Shown: piece after piece, positions 39,691 through 47,941 of the stretch
How positions within the stretch are numbered: the first letter of the stretch is position 1
Layout of the letters: each line of letters starts with the position of its first letter
Virus record (IMG/VR): IMGVR_UViG_3300028400_000008
Span: 1-54,778 of that record
Reading direction: 5' to 3' (one strand)
DNA length: 54,778 nt
Source of the DNA: a virus
Lineage: Duplodnaviria > Caudoviricetes
The notes under the pieces: generated by a model
Told to the model about the DNA's origin: nothing
What the model saw: the letters and a program-made list of their open reading frames with translations, nothing else
The model's database searches: none
Made by a program: the position numbers and the translations under genes

Positions 39691-39836
39691 AGTTCACTTC
39701 CTGATATTTTTGATTCTTTCAAAACTTCCAAATACTGCTTGATACTATATCCGCAACCAGTTTTATATCCGTTTAAATATAGATTTACTTTTTCATTAAT
39801 CTCCAAATTCGCCTCCTGTAGTTCCATAAAGTCCAC
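39636..39836 (-). CDS. Hypothetical protein
   Basis: Short ORF in the operon. Confidence 0.45.
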   Translation of the reverse strand: MDFMELQEANLEINEKVNLYLNGYKTGCGYSIKQYLEVLKESKISGSELWKKIEFVKKQCPQLRQL

Positions 39837-39981
39837 GAATCGGGTCTTTTGTATTCATGCTTTTTAGAACATAATATGATATTTTTTCTCCACCTTTAGA
39901 TGTCTTCGCAATTACCGAAATTACGACATATTTTGTATTATCTATCGTTACAACATCTCCTACATTTTTCAAGTAGTTCAT
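39796..39981 (-). CDS. Hypothetical protein
   Basis: 61 aa with AAGGAGG RBS. Confidence 0.55.
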   Translation of the reverse strand: MNYLKNVGDVVTIDNTKYVVISVIAKTSKGGEKISYYVLKSMNTKDPIRGLYGTTGGEFGD

Positions 39982-40312
39982 AGAAATCCTCCTTCTTCAT
40001 CACTACATATTCGCCTCTTGGCATAAATCTACCATTCACATTTTTGGTTCTTTTCCAAAAAAGGATATTTGGATAACCTTCGTCCGTTACAAAATTTATA
40101 CCGTCAAGTTTTGGAAAATTGACAGTGTTCTTACACTGAACACTGAACCACCCTTTGCCGTTTATATCTATAAGGTCTATACCCTTTGCATCTTTAAATC
40201 TTGAAACTTCACGGGTGGTTCTATAATCTGAACCATTGAACAATTTGTTCAGTTCGTTTTTTATTTTCCGCTCATAGCTGTTTCCAGCGTTTCTATTTCT
40301 TTTACCACTCAC
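39938..40312 (-). CDS. Holliday junction resolvase (Hjc-type PD-(D/E)xK)
   Basis: R..G.SYERKI...L, GIDL, SVQCK. Confidence 0.8.
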   Translation of the reverse strand: MSGKRNRNAGNSYERKIKNELNKLFNGSDYRTTREVSRFKDAKGIDLIDINGKGWFSVQCKNTVNFPKLDGINFVTDEGYPNILFWKRTKNVNGRFMPRGEYVVMKKEDFYELLEKCRRCCNDR

Positions 40313-40893
40313 CAGTTCACCTCACATCTTTTGTAATATGGACAAACATCCTTTACTATGCAATAGCTGTTGCATTTGGTCGGTGTATTCCTTCCATATC
40401 TGTCTTTTTTCACCCACCTATCCTCACACATAGGCGGGACTGCACCAGTATTGTATAAAAGACTCAGTCTTGAAGTAAAAGCATCAACTAAATGCTTAAC
40501 TTCCACTTGAGGCAATGTTACAGTATCAGAACCACCATCGCAAAAGAGAGCCATAAGCTTCATATTTTTCTCTTTTCCATATATCCATTTTAGGATATTT
40601 ATTTGGATAACATACGGGTGTTCTGAATTATATGATATGTGTGGTGTGTACGCATTGCCATAGATAGCATTTCTCTTAGGCATTTTGACTATATAAATGT
40701 TTTCATCGTCTTCGGCTTCTATCGTTCCGTTCACATCAATGCCATTGATGACTTTAGATACTTTTATATTTTTCGTATCGAAATCAAGTCCTTTGATAGC
40801 AAATTCTAACAACTTATGGCGTGGTGGTTCTATGTTGTGTTTTAGATAGAGCCACGCTGGAAGTATCTCTTTATGGCTTATGAAATTTATCAT
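40309..40893 (-). CDS. Degenerate paralog of the adjacent Cas4-like exonuclease
   Basis: True start probably ATG 40893 (MINFISH). Colinear with 41012-41752, including four C-terminal Cys, but the catalytic D-x-K is replaced by I-V-K. Confidence 0.75.
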   Translation of the reverse strand: MINFISHKEILPAWLYLKHNIEPPRHKLLEFAIKGLDFDTKNIKVSKVINGIDVNGTIEAEDDENIYIVKMPKRNAIYGNAYTPHISYNSEHPYVIQINILKWIYGKEKNMKLMALFCDGGSDTVTLPQVEVKHLVDAFTSRLSLLYNTGAVPPMCEDRWVKKDRYGRNTPTKCNSYCIVKDVCPYYKRCEVNW

Positions 40894-41012
40894 TTGCACC
40901 TTTCCTTCGCCCTTCTCAAAGCCGTTTCGTAGTTGGGTGCATATACGCTTATTTCGTTTCCGTTGCATACAAAGAACCAAATATTGTTCTTTTCGCCTAA
41001 GAAATGAATCAT
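40890..41012 (-). CDS. Small protein (40 aa, not in ORF track)
   Basis: MIHFLGEKNNIWFFVCNGNEISVYAPNYETALRRAKERCK, coupled by TAATG and ATGA overlaps on both sides. Confidence 0.65.
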   Translation of the reverse strand: MIHFLGEKNNIWFFVCNGNEISVYAPNYETALRRAKERCK

Positions 41013-41752
41013 TACCACATCTCCATTGTTGTCGTATGTTTTGGATTGAAGTATTTGCACTTGTCACTATATGCGCAATATTGCATACATCTTACTGGAA
41101 TAGACTTTCCTCTCACTTTCCTGAACCACAAATCTTTGCATTGAGGTGGTTCTATTCCTAATGTTTCAAATTGTTCTATCTGTGAAGTTATTTCGTAAAA
41201 TTTCTTTTCTATCTCATCATTAGATACGAGCGGTATTTGAATTACTTTCAGAGATGGCTTATTTTCCATTTTCCTAAAATCATATCCTCCATCTTTGAGA
41301 AACGCTATGAGGTACATACTCATTTCTTTGTCATGAAGTTTTTCATACAGATAGCGATATACATTGAGTTGCCACACATATTGATGGTCTGGCTCTTTTT
41401 CAACTCTTTCTATCGTATAGCTTTTTGTCACTTTTATATCGCATATTGCATCTTGCAAAACGATGTCTGCCATACCTGTAAGCTTCCAGCCATTTGGCAT
41501 CTCAAGCTCCATCGAAACCTCTGTTTCAGCCTCGTCTTTCAGTATCTGCTCCATACCGAAATGAACCACCGTACCCAATGTATCTTGGCCTATTTCCGTT
41601 TTTTCAGGCACTCCATATTTGTATCTAAGCCATATTTGCAAAATATCGTTACCAAAATCTGATGCAGATATGGCTTTAATTCCAGCCTCAGTATTCCCTT
41701 GATATTGCGTTTTCTCAAGTATTTTTTCCGTAATCCATTTTTCAAGATTCAT
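41012..41752 (-). CDS. Cas4/RecB-like PD-(D/E)xK exonuclease (N4 gp42-like)
   Basis: GTVVH..ME, LTGMAD......DIK, QLNVY, C...RC..YC.....C. Confidence 0.88.
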   Translation of the reverse strand: MNLEKWITEKILEKTQYQGNTEAGIKAISASDFGNDILQIWLRYKYGVPEKTEIGQDTLGTVVHFGMEQILKDEAETEVSMELEMPNGWKLTGMADIVLQDAICDIKVTKSYTIERVEKEPDHQYVWQLNVYRYLYEKLHDKEMSMYLIAFLKDGGYDFRKMENKPSLKVIQIPLVSNDEIEKKFYEITSQIEQFETLGIEPPQCKDLWFRKVRGKSIPVRCMQYCAYSDKCKYFNPKHTTTMEMW

Positions 41753-41937
41753 CTTATATCCTTAATCAAGTCGTATATACATAACCCAGCTATATAACCA
41801 GCAGGATATGACCAACATATTACTGCTGCTTGCTTATTGCCAACAAAAAGGAACATAATTCCAAGAATCCAAAATATTACTATTCCAATTTCATTGAGTT
41901 TTTCAAGATCCACTTTGACTTCCTTTATTTGAACCAC
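41749..41937 (-). CDS. Small two-TM membrane protein (start probably near 41913)
   Basis: Two hydrophobic segments. Confidence 0.55.
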   Translation of the reverse strand: MVQIKEVKVDLEKLNEIGIVIFWILGIMFLFVGNKQAAVICWSYPAGYIAGLCIYDLIKDIR

Positions 41938-41957
41938 CCCATGCGAGGTGGTTCTAT

Positions 41958-42575
41958 TTAGATTTCGATGTCTTCAGCAGTTTGCTTTGGTTCTTCTTTT
42001 TTCTTTCGAAGTTTTCTCAATGGATTCTTTGCAAGGAATTTTTCCCATTTATCTTTTTTCTCAGAATCGTTGCATTTAAAGAAATCCTTCACATCAATTT
42101 TTGTATTTATTTCTCCATTATATTCATTTTCGTATTGCTGAATAGCTACGCAAACCTCTTTGCCTTCAAGTTCCTGGAAAGCTTTTGCGTCAACCACTTT
42201 CCCATAATGTTCTACCTTTACAGGCTTAGGTTTAACATTCAATGGAACTCCAACTGCATCGAACAAATGTTTAACCATGATAGTTCCTGGCAGCGGATAT
42301 TCTTTGCCATCTCTTGTATATGTGGCTTTATTACCTTTTGCGTCTCCACTTCTAACGGCAGTACTCCAAAAGATATGACGACCTCCAATAGGATTGTCAT
42401 CAGTAACCTCTACCATATCGATATTGAACATTGTTGCGCCACCGCTTGATGTTGTAAGATATGCTTTATCGACTTTCACTTTATAAACGCCTGATTCAAT
42501 CTGTTTGAACTCAGGCACATCGATATTGTCATGTTCCTCAAGCAAGCTTTCGTCAATTCCCAACCAATTTTCCAT
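41958..42575 (-). CDS. Single-stranded DNA-binding protein, N4 gp45-like
   Basis: ESGVY...V..AY...S.GGA and SGDAKGNKATYTRDGKEYPLPG, closely resembling N4 SSB as recalled; acidic tail. Confidence 0.85.
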   Translation of the reverse strand: MENWLGIDESLLEEHDNIDVPEFKQIESGVYKVKVDKAYLTTSSGGATMFNIDMVEVTDDNPIGGRHIFWSTAVRSGDAKGNKATYTRDGKEYPLPGTIMVKHLFDAVGVPLNVKPKPVKVEHYGKVVDAKAFQELEGKEVCVAIQQYENEYNGEINTKIDVKDFFKCNDSEKKDKWEKFLAKNPLRKLRKKKEEPKQTAEDIEI

Positions 42576-42576
42576 A

Positions 42577-42792
42577 TTATTCTCCTTTTTCGTATTTTAG
42601 CTCTTCTTTGATTGTTTTTTTGATAGACTCGTGCAAATCATAACTGAAACTCTTACTACCATCATTCTTGTATGCAATAGAGTGTTTTTCATACAGGTCT
42701 TGTTTCTCTACTATTTCGACCTCCTTTAATTCAAGATTTGTATACTCTTTGAGAACCTCGAACAGTTCTTTTACCGTTAGTGCCAGCTTCAT
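42577..42792 (-). CDS. Hypothetical protein
   Basis: 71 aa with AGGAG RBS. Confidence 0.6.
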   Translation of the reverse strand: MKLALTVKELFEVLKEYTNLELKEVEIVEKQDLYEKHSIAYKNDGSKSFSYDLHESIKKTIKEELKYEKGE

Positions 42793-42793
42793 T

Positions 42794-43483
42794 TTATTCT
42801 CCTATTCCATAATATTCGCAAATCTGTTTATCGACATAGGCCAAATCGTTTGGTATTCTAATATCTGGAAACATATCCTCTGGACTTTTTGCTACATCAT
42901 TGTCGCTCCTTTTGTTTGTAATAAACCAATACCCATCATCGTCTTTTTCCGCTTGAAGAACCACCGTCATCATCGCTGGAATATCGACTTTTTCACTTAT
43001 GAGCTTTCCAATCGTTTTGAAAGTCAATCTTCCATACTGTGTTTCGTCAAGGTGGTTCACAATATATACTCTCGCATCTTCGCTTGTAGCTTCCCCTGCT
43101 TTTAAAATGTCGTAATATTGTTTTGCAAGGTCCGTGAATTTATCGAACCCCCTTTCTTTTGCGGTGTCCATAAAGTACTTAACCATTGTGAATGTGCTAT
43201 CGTCTACAATGATTCTTTTTTTGCCGTACTTATCGAATGCTTCAATCGCTTTTGCGATCATAGAGCCATTCTCAAGATATATGTAATCGCCTTGCTTCTT
43301 GTCTTTATCCCATTGTCTTAGTTTATTTCTAAACGGCAATGGCTTTTTCAGAACCCTGATCAAAATCGTGTCATCTGGAAATTGTAGCTCAGATGTCAAT
43401 AAGCTCTTCAAAGACCTCGATTTTCCCGTTCCGCTGAACCCTACTACGCTTGTCAGTATTCCCATTTGTTCTCCTTGTTTCAT
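42794..43483 (-). CDS. Sak4-like AAA ATPase / ssDNA annealing protein (N4 gp44-like; start probably 43465)
   Basis: G.SGTGKS.SL, IIVDD, G.DKF, KTIGK, AKSP.DMF..I.NDL. Confidence 0.85.
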   Translation of the reverse strand: MKQGEQMGILTSVVGFSGTGKSRSLKSLLTSELQFPDDTILIRVLKKPLPFRNKLRQWDKDKKQGDYIYLENGSMIAKAIEAFDKYGKKRIIVDDSTFTMVKYFMDTAKERGFDKFTDLAKQYYDILKAGEATSEDARVYIVNHLDETQYGRLTFKTIGKLISEKVDIPAMMTVVLQAEKDDDGYWFITNKRSDNDVAKSPEDMFPDIRIPNDLAYVDKQICEYYGIGE

Positions 43484-43623
43484 TTAGTTTCAAAACCAAT
43501 TCCAGACAATCTTCTGGAAAACCATAATAGTGATACACGACAGAACCACCTTTGTTGAATAAAGACAATTCAGCCATATCATCGCTAAAAAAGCTTACAC
43601 TATATTCTGGATTTGGCATCGTT

Positions 43624-43857
43624 TTAAAAAGCTCCAAAATCCTTTCTTTGTTTTTTGGCAGATGGATCACATTTGATTCCGTTGTCTGTAACATAATATC
43701 CTTCCTCCTCTAAAAGCTCTATAAGTTGGATTCTTTTGTTCAATAATGCCTCTTTTTCTTTCAGCACCTTTTTGAGCTTTTTTTCGTTCTTTGCCAAATC
43801 TGCAATTAGTTGAACTATCCTATTCATCTCTTCTCCTTTTTTAGATACCCGATCCAT
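43624..43857 (-). CDS. Hypothetical coiled-coil protein
   Basis: AAGGAG precedes internal start MNRIVQ. Confidence 0.55.
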   Translation of the reverse strand: MDRVSKKGEEMNRIVQLIADLAKNEKKLKKVLKEKEALLNKRIQLIELLEEEGYYVTDNGIKCDPSAKKQRKDFGAF

Positions 43858-44006
43858 TGGTTATTTATTTTGTTAAAAACCTCTTCACGCTTAGACCACA
43901 ATGGTTTTATCGTTTTGATTATGTGGTTCTCCCTGTCGTAAATTCTTATCACACATTTTCCATATATGTGGTCTTCGAACTCTATTTTTCCAACTTTTGA
44001 CCACAC
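43824..44006 (-). CDS. Hypothetical protein
   Basis: 60 aa overlapping both neighbours. Confidence 0.5.
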   Translation of the reverse strand: MWSKVGKIEFEDHIYGKCVIRIYDRENHIIKTIKPLWSKREEVFNKINNQWIGYLKKEKR

Positions 44007-44245
44007 TACTCAACCTTTGGATAAAGTATAAGATAGTCGTAACCATCTAAATTGAAATACACTAAATCTTGAAGCTTTGATATTTGCTCTTCATCAAGAT
44101 TTGTTAGACATATTCTGTATTCAATCTCTTGTCTACTCTCCCATTTTTCATAATCTATATCATACAGATGCTTTAAGCCAGCCACTATCAAGCCAACATT
44201 TTCAATAGGCTGAAAACCTGCTTCAATTATACTTCTATCTTCCAT
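44006..44245 (-). CDS. Small acidic hypothetical protein
   Basis: GAGGAG RBS, acidic. Confidence 0.6.
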   Translation of the reverse strand: MEDRSIIEAGFQPIENVGLIVAGLKHLYDIDYEKWESRQEIEYRICLTNLDEEQISKLQDLVYFNLDGYDYLILYPKVE

Positions 44246-44516
44246 ATTTTCTCCTCAAGGCCTCAATTTCATTTTCGTTGAACCAATCGCTTGTTTCCAC
44301 TTCAAAGTCAAAGTGCCTGTCGGCAATTTTGCAGTATATTGTTACATTTACTTTCTCCAGATAATCCTCAGCATCTTTCATAGAATCAAGAATTTGCTCT
44401 CTTACTTCATCTCTATCATCTTCTGTCAATTCGCACCACCATTGTCTGTAACCGTGTGATGGGAACAAGTCGTCTACCCCGTAATGCGTCTCTGGAGATT
44501 CATAATAACATTCCAT
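44235..44516 (-). CDS. Small, highly acidic hypothetical protein
   Basis: AAGGAG RBS, D/E-rich. Confidence 0.65.
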   Translation of the reverse strand: MECYYESPETHYGVDDLFPSHGYRQWWCELTEDDRDEVREQILDSMKDAEDYLEKVNVTIYCKIADRHFDFEVETSDWFNENEIEALRRKYGR

Positions 44517-44519
44517 TTT

Positions 44520-44858
44520 CTACTCCTTTACAATTTCTTTTTCTACAGCTTCTTCGATAATCTCATCAATAATATCTTCGTTGCCCAAAATTAGAATTTC
44601 CCAGGCAAACCATGCCAAATCATTTAGAGATAGTCTGTCCGATGGGATATAATTTCCGTACACATCTTGCATCATCTCTATAATTTCATCATGATGCTCA
44701 CATGCGATTGGTTCTGTTTCATTGTAATAAATTAATCCGCCTACTGAGCCACTTGCTGGATGCGCTTCATTCATGAGATAGTTCCTCGCTTCCTCCTCCG
44801 ACATTCCTTCGATATTGTCAAATGCTATTTTTTTCAGTTTGCCAATTAGACTCATCAT
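44520..44858 (-). CDS. Acidic phage protein with G.VGGLIYY.ET motif
   Basis: True start at MMSLIGK after AAGGAG. SGSVGGLIYYNET....HHDEI...N.LAWFAWE. Confidence 0.7.
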   Translation of the reverse strand: MMSLIGKLKKIAFDNIEGMSEEEARNYLMNEAHPASGSVGGLIYYNETEPIACEHHDEIIEMMQDVYGNYIPSDRLSLNDLAWFAWEILILGNEDIIDEIIEEAVEKEIVKE

Positions 44859-45033
44859 CTTTCTCCTTTTCAATAATTTCAGAAAGGCACAATGAGTATT
44901 CAGATAAAAATATATCTCTTGCAATGTCTTCAGCTTCATTTTCATCTTTTGCAAGCGTTTCTATCTCCACGCTCCCAGCAACTGCTTTCAAACCAGGAAA
45001 ACAAATATTAAAGTAAACTTTATATAGTTGCAC
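44818..45033 (-). CDS. Small hypothetical protein
   Basis: AGGAGG RBS, GTG start overlapping the primase stop. YKV.F...A.DE.EA..IA pattern. Confidence 0.6.
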   Translation of the reverse strand: MQLYKVYFNICFPGLKAVAGSVEIETLAKDENEAEDIARDIFLSEYSLCLSEIIEKEKDDESNWQTEKNSI

Positions 45034-47093
45034 TATATCCTCCTTAGCAATTTTTGAATCTCTTTTTCACTGAGTGGTTCTTGAAGCATAGCGTTTGTTC
45101 TGTATGTAACTTCTCTTGCTTCATCACTGGGACCACTGATGTCCTCTACGAACTTCATCAAACGATACAAAGATATGTTTCTGTTTCCTTTGTATCCGTT
45201 TGCAAGCGTCCATCTCACCATTCCTTGAATGCGCTTATCTTTCGTTATATCATCTATATCTTCGCTTTCTGCTTTTGCTATAAACTTCTCAGAATTTGTT
45301 TCTGGGATACAGCAAAGAACATCAAGCAATTCCGACTCATTCTTTAGAACCACCGTATTTGGATTTGTAAACCACAATCTTGATATGTTTCTTGTCGATA
45401 CATCATATGATGGCAGATTGAGCAATTTTGCAATGTTCTCTATCAACCCTTTATGCTGTTCTGGATTAACATAGAATTTATGTTTAGTTGGCAAAATCAC
45501 TCTGAATCGGTGGTTCTCTTCTGTATGTGATTTTGTCGTATAGAGAATGTATGTGAATGGCCTCAATATTTCTTGTGCTTGTTCAATTGTGAAACCTTCA
45601 TCAAAATCAAACGCAATCGCATTTTGTCCTTCAATCGTATTTTTATCCGCTCTCTTTCCATCATAGTGTACAAGGCTGAACGCTTCGTAATTTTCGCTTC
45701 TGACAAGTTTTTCAATGGAATTCCTTTCTCCAAAGAATGGCAATTCAAGATTTCTGAATATGACTGATTTTGCACCCTTACCGTCTGTAGCTACCGATAC
45801 AATTATTTTGTTCAAATCAGTCTGCGGCAGTGGTTCTATCGCATATCTTTTAATCTTGGAACCACGCTCCACCAAAACCTCATTATTTCGATATGCAAGC
45901 TCGTGGACAAGCTCTATATCCTCGTTGAATGTGTTTCTCTGGAATATATCCTTTTCAAGGATTTCGCTTTTGGTAAGCTCACCATACTGTTTGATGAGCT
46001 TATATATTCTTTTATGCTGTGGTTCTGTATTGAATAAGTCCTGAACCGTATTCCTGCATTGTTTGTAGAAGTCATATGCATAGTCGACATCATCATCAGT
46101 TACATTAAGAGAACCACCTGCTATTGCGTGCAATGCTGCAAGTTTTACTATTTTGTCAAATGAGCCTAGCTCGGCATTGAATCTCTCATCGTCTATATGC
46201 TGATTTGAGAACTCAAGTAATTCCTTATTAATATCTTCATATTTTCCATCGCTGATTGATATATCGATAACAATGCTTTCACCCTCAAGCCTTTTGTCAA
46301 TGTTACTTTTAATAAAACTCTTGATGTTGCTAACGACAAATTCGATGATATCTTTATCATACTCTTCCTTTTTTGTCTTGAATTGTCTCTCTTGAGGTGG
46401 TTCATAGTAGATAAAGCTTCTACGATAAATACCTGAGTTTAATGCGTTGCTGAACATTTGATAAGTCGATAAGCTTCTCTTTAGTCCAATGCTTGAGCCA
46501 AAGATAAGCATATTAGAGTTGATGCCTTCTATGTTTCTATTTACATTGCTCTTGATTATTTTTGCATTGAATTTTCCATCATACAACTCTTTCATTCTAT
46601 TGAGATTTGAATCTTTGACAATATCAAGTATTTCCTCGTTAATCACATTTAGTGAACCGCACCAGCTATGTGATAGCGCTAATGCTCTAAGATACAATCC
46701 TTCTGGTGTTCCTTCTATGTTGATAGTGAAATCCAATGGAAGGAAGTTTTTCAATGGCACCTTTGAGCCATCTATAATGATTTCACCTTCTTCGTCATCG
46801 AATGGTAGTGCCATATTCGCTTTTTGAAACCCTTGGATTATTGCGTTTTTGTACCCTTTCATATTTGGGTTCAAAAGTTCTATTGTTTTATCAAGACTAA
46901 AAGATTTTCCTGCGCTCGAAGACGCTATTGTGATGCCAAAGTAGTTCAAAGGAAGATTTTTGTATGAGATTTTTGGCTGTAGTAGCCCTAAAAGAGAGCT
47001 TACTGAGAACCACCACGCGTTCTCAATAATTTCTCTTGATGTTTCAAATCTTCCTTGACTGTTTATATAATTGATGATATGATTTATATACAT
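45033..47093 (-). CDS. Helicase-primase fusion: N-terminal P-loop ATPase, C-terminal AEP primase-polymerase and PriCT-like domain (N4 gp43-like)
   Basis: Walker A ASSSAGKS, Walker B NVINEEI, SGIYRR. AEP motifs IAFDFDEG, YTTKSH, RFRVILP, YD.ST..ISRLWF. GNRN.SLY. Confidence 0.85.
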   Translation of the reverse strand: MYINHIINYINSQGRFETSREIIENAWWFSVSSLLGLLQPKISYKNLPLNYFGITIASSSAGKSFSLDKTIELLNPNMKGYKNAIIQGFQKANMALPFDDEEGEIIIDGSKVPLKNFLPLDFTINIEGTPEGLYLRALALSHSWCGSLNVINEEILDIVKDSNLNRMKELYDGKFNAKIIKSNVNRNIEGINSNMLIFGSSIGLKRSLSTYQMFSNALNSGIYRRSFIYYEPPQERQFKTKKEEYDKDIIEFVVSNIKSFIKSNIDKRLEGESIVIDISISDGKYEDINKELLEFSNQHIDDERFNAELGSFDKIVKLAALHAIAGGSLNVTDDDVDYAYDFYKQCRNTVQDLFNTEPQHKRIYKLIKQYGELTKSEILEKDIFQRNTFNEDIELVHELAYRNNEVLVERGSKIKRYAIEPLPQTDLNKIIVSVATDGKGAKSVIFRNLELPFFGERNSIEKLVRSENYEAFSLVHYDGKRADKNTIEGQNAIAFDFDEGFTIEQAQEILRPFTYILYTTKSHTEENHRFRVILPTKHKFYVNPEQHKGLIENIAKLLNLPSYDVSTRNISRLWFTNPNTVVLKNESELLDVLCCIPETNSEKFIAKAESEDIDDITKDKRIQGMVRWTLANGYKGNRNISLYRLMKFVEDISGPSDEAREVTYRTNAMLQEPLSEKEIQKLLRRI

Positions 47094-47266
47094 ATAGTCT
47101 CCTTTGGCATTTGAACCACCTCTCTTGGTGGTTCTGTATTGTGCATCGTATTTGGATTAGCTATCGTTGAATGTGTAGTATATAACCATTATCATAGCTA
47201 ATAAGCTTAGTGTCCCGACTGAGAATATTGTTAATCCATTCCAATCTATATCGCACATTATTTTTC

Positions 47267-47917
47267 CTATTCAAATGGTATAGTAGGATTCTCTCCTACT
47301 ATTTCAATCCATTTGTCGTGAAACTTTTGCCAGAAACCAAATCCTTCTTTTGTATTTTTCCAATAAAATGCTTCTTGAATGAAATCGTATGGGTCTAACT
47401 TTTTTATTTCGTCTAATGTTTTATAGTTTTCTTTAAAAGGCCATCTTTGATTTTCGGTTCTTGTGTTATACATATATTCATTATAAACACCTTCTTGTAT
47501 CAAAAAATCAACGAATGATGTTATTTTGCTTAGTGGTTTTGATAAAACATATGAGTCATTTGTGGCCTTGAAAGGCATAAGTGTATTTGGTCTATAACAC
47601 AAGAAAATATCCTTTTTCCATGTTTCACCATCATCTGAAAATAGTGCATCTTCTCCTGGCGTTGGTACCCATTTTTCATTTCCCGCTGATACGATGAATG
47701 AATAAGCATCAATTTCTTCAAATTCGTGCTCTTTGTAAAAATCTTCATTATCATATATCATTGAAATTTTTTTATCTTCATTTATAAAAAGATATTTATA
47801 GTCAATATACTTTATTTCTCGTTTTCCATTTGGCCAAGAACCACCATTTGCAAATACAATTTCTTGCACTCTTTCAGACAACTCTGGCGTTACTTTCATT
47901 TTTACTTCCGTAAGCAT
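47267..47917 (-). CDS. Hypothetical multi-domain protein
   Basis: 216 aa with AAGGAG RBS. Confidence 0.7.
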   Translation of the reverse strand: MLTEVKMKVTPELSERVQEIVFANGGSWPNGKREIKYIDYKYLFINEDKKISMIYDNEDFYKEHEFEEIDAYSFIVSAGNEKWVPTPGEDALFSDDGETWKKDIFLCYRPNTLMPFKATNDSYVLSKPLSKITSFVDFLIQEGVYNEYMYNTRTENQRWPFKENYKTLDEIKKLDPYDFIQEAFYWKNTKEGFGFWQKFHDKWIEIVGENPTIPFE

Positions 47918-47941
47918 TTTTTCTCCTTTTTATATTTTATT

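Noticed and set aside
40894-41067. N-terminal 58 aa of the 252-aa ORF 40309-41067
   Set aside because: It overlaps the nuclease gene and a coupled 40-aa gene; homology to the paralog starts at ATG 40893.
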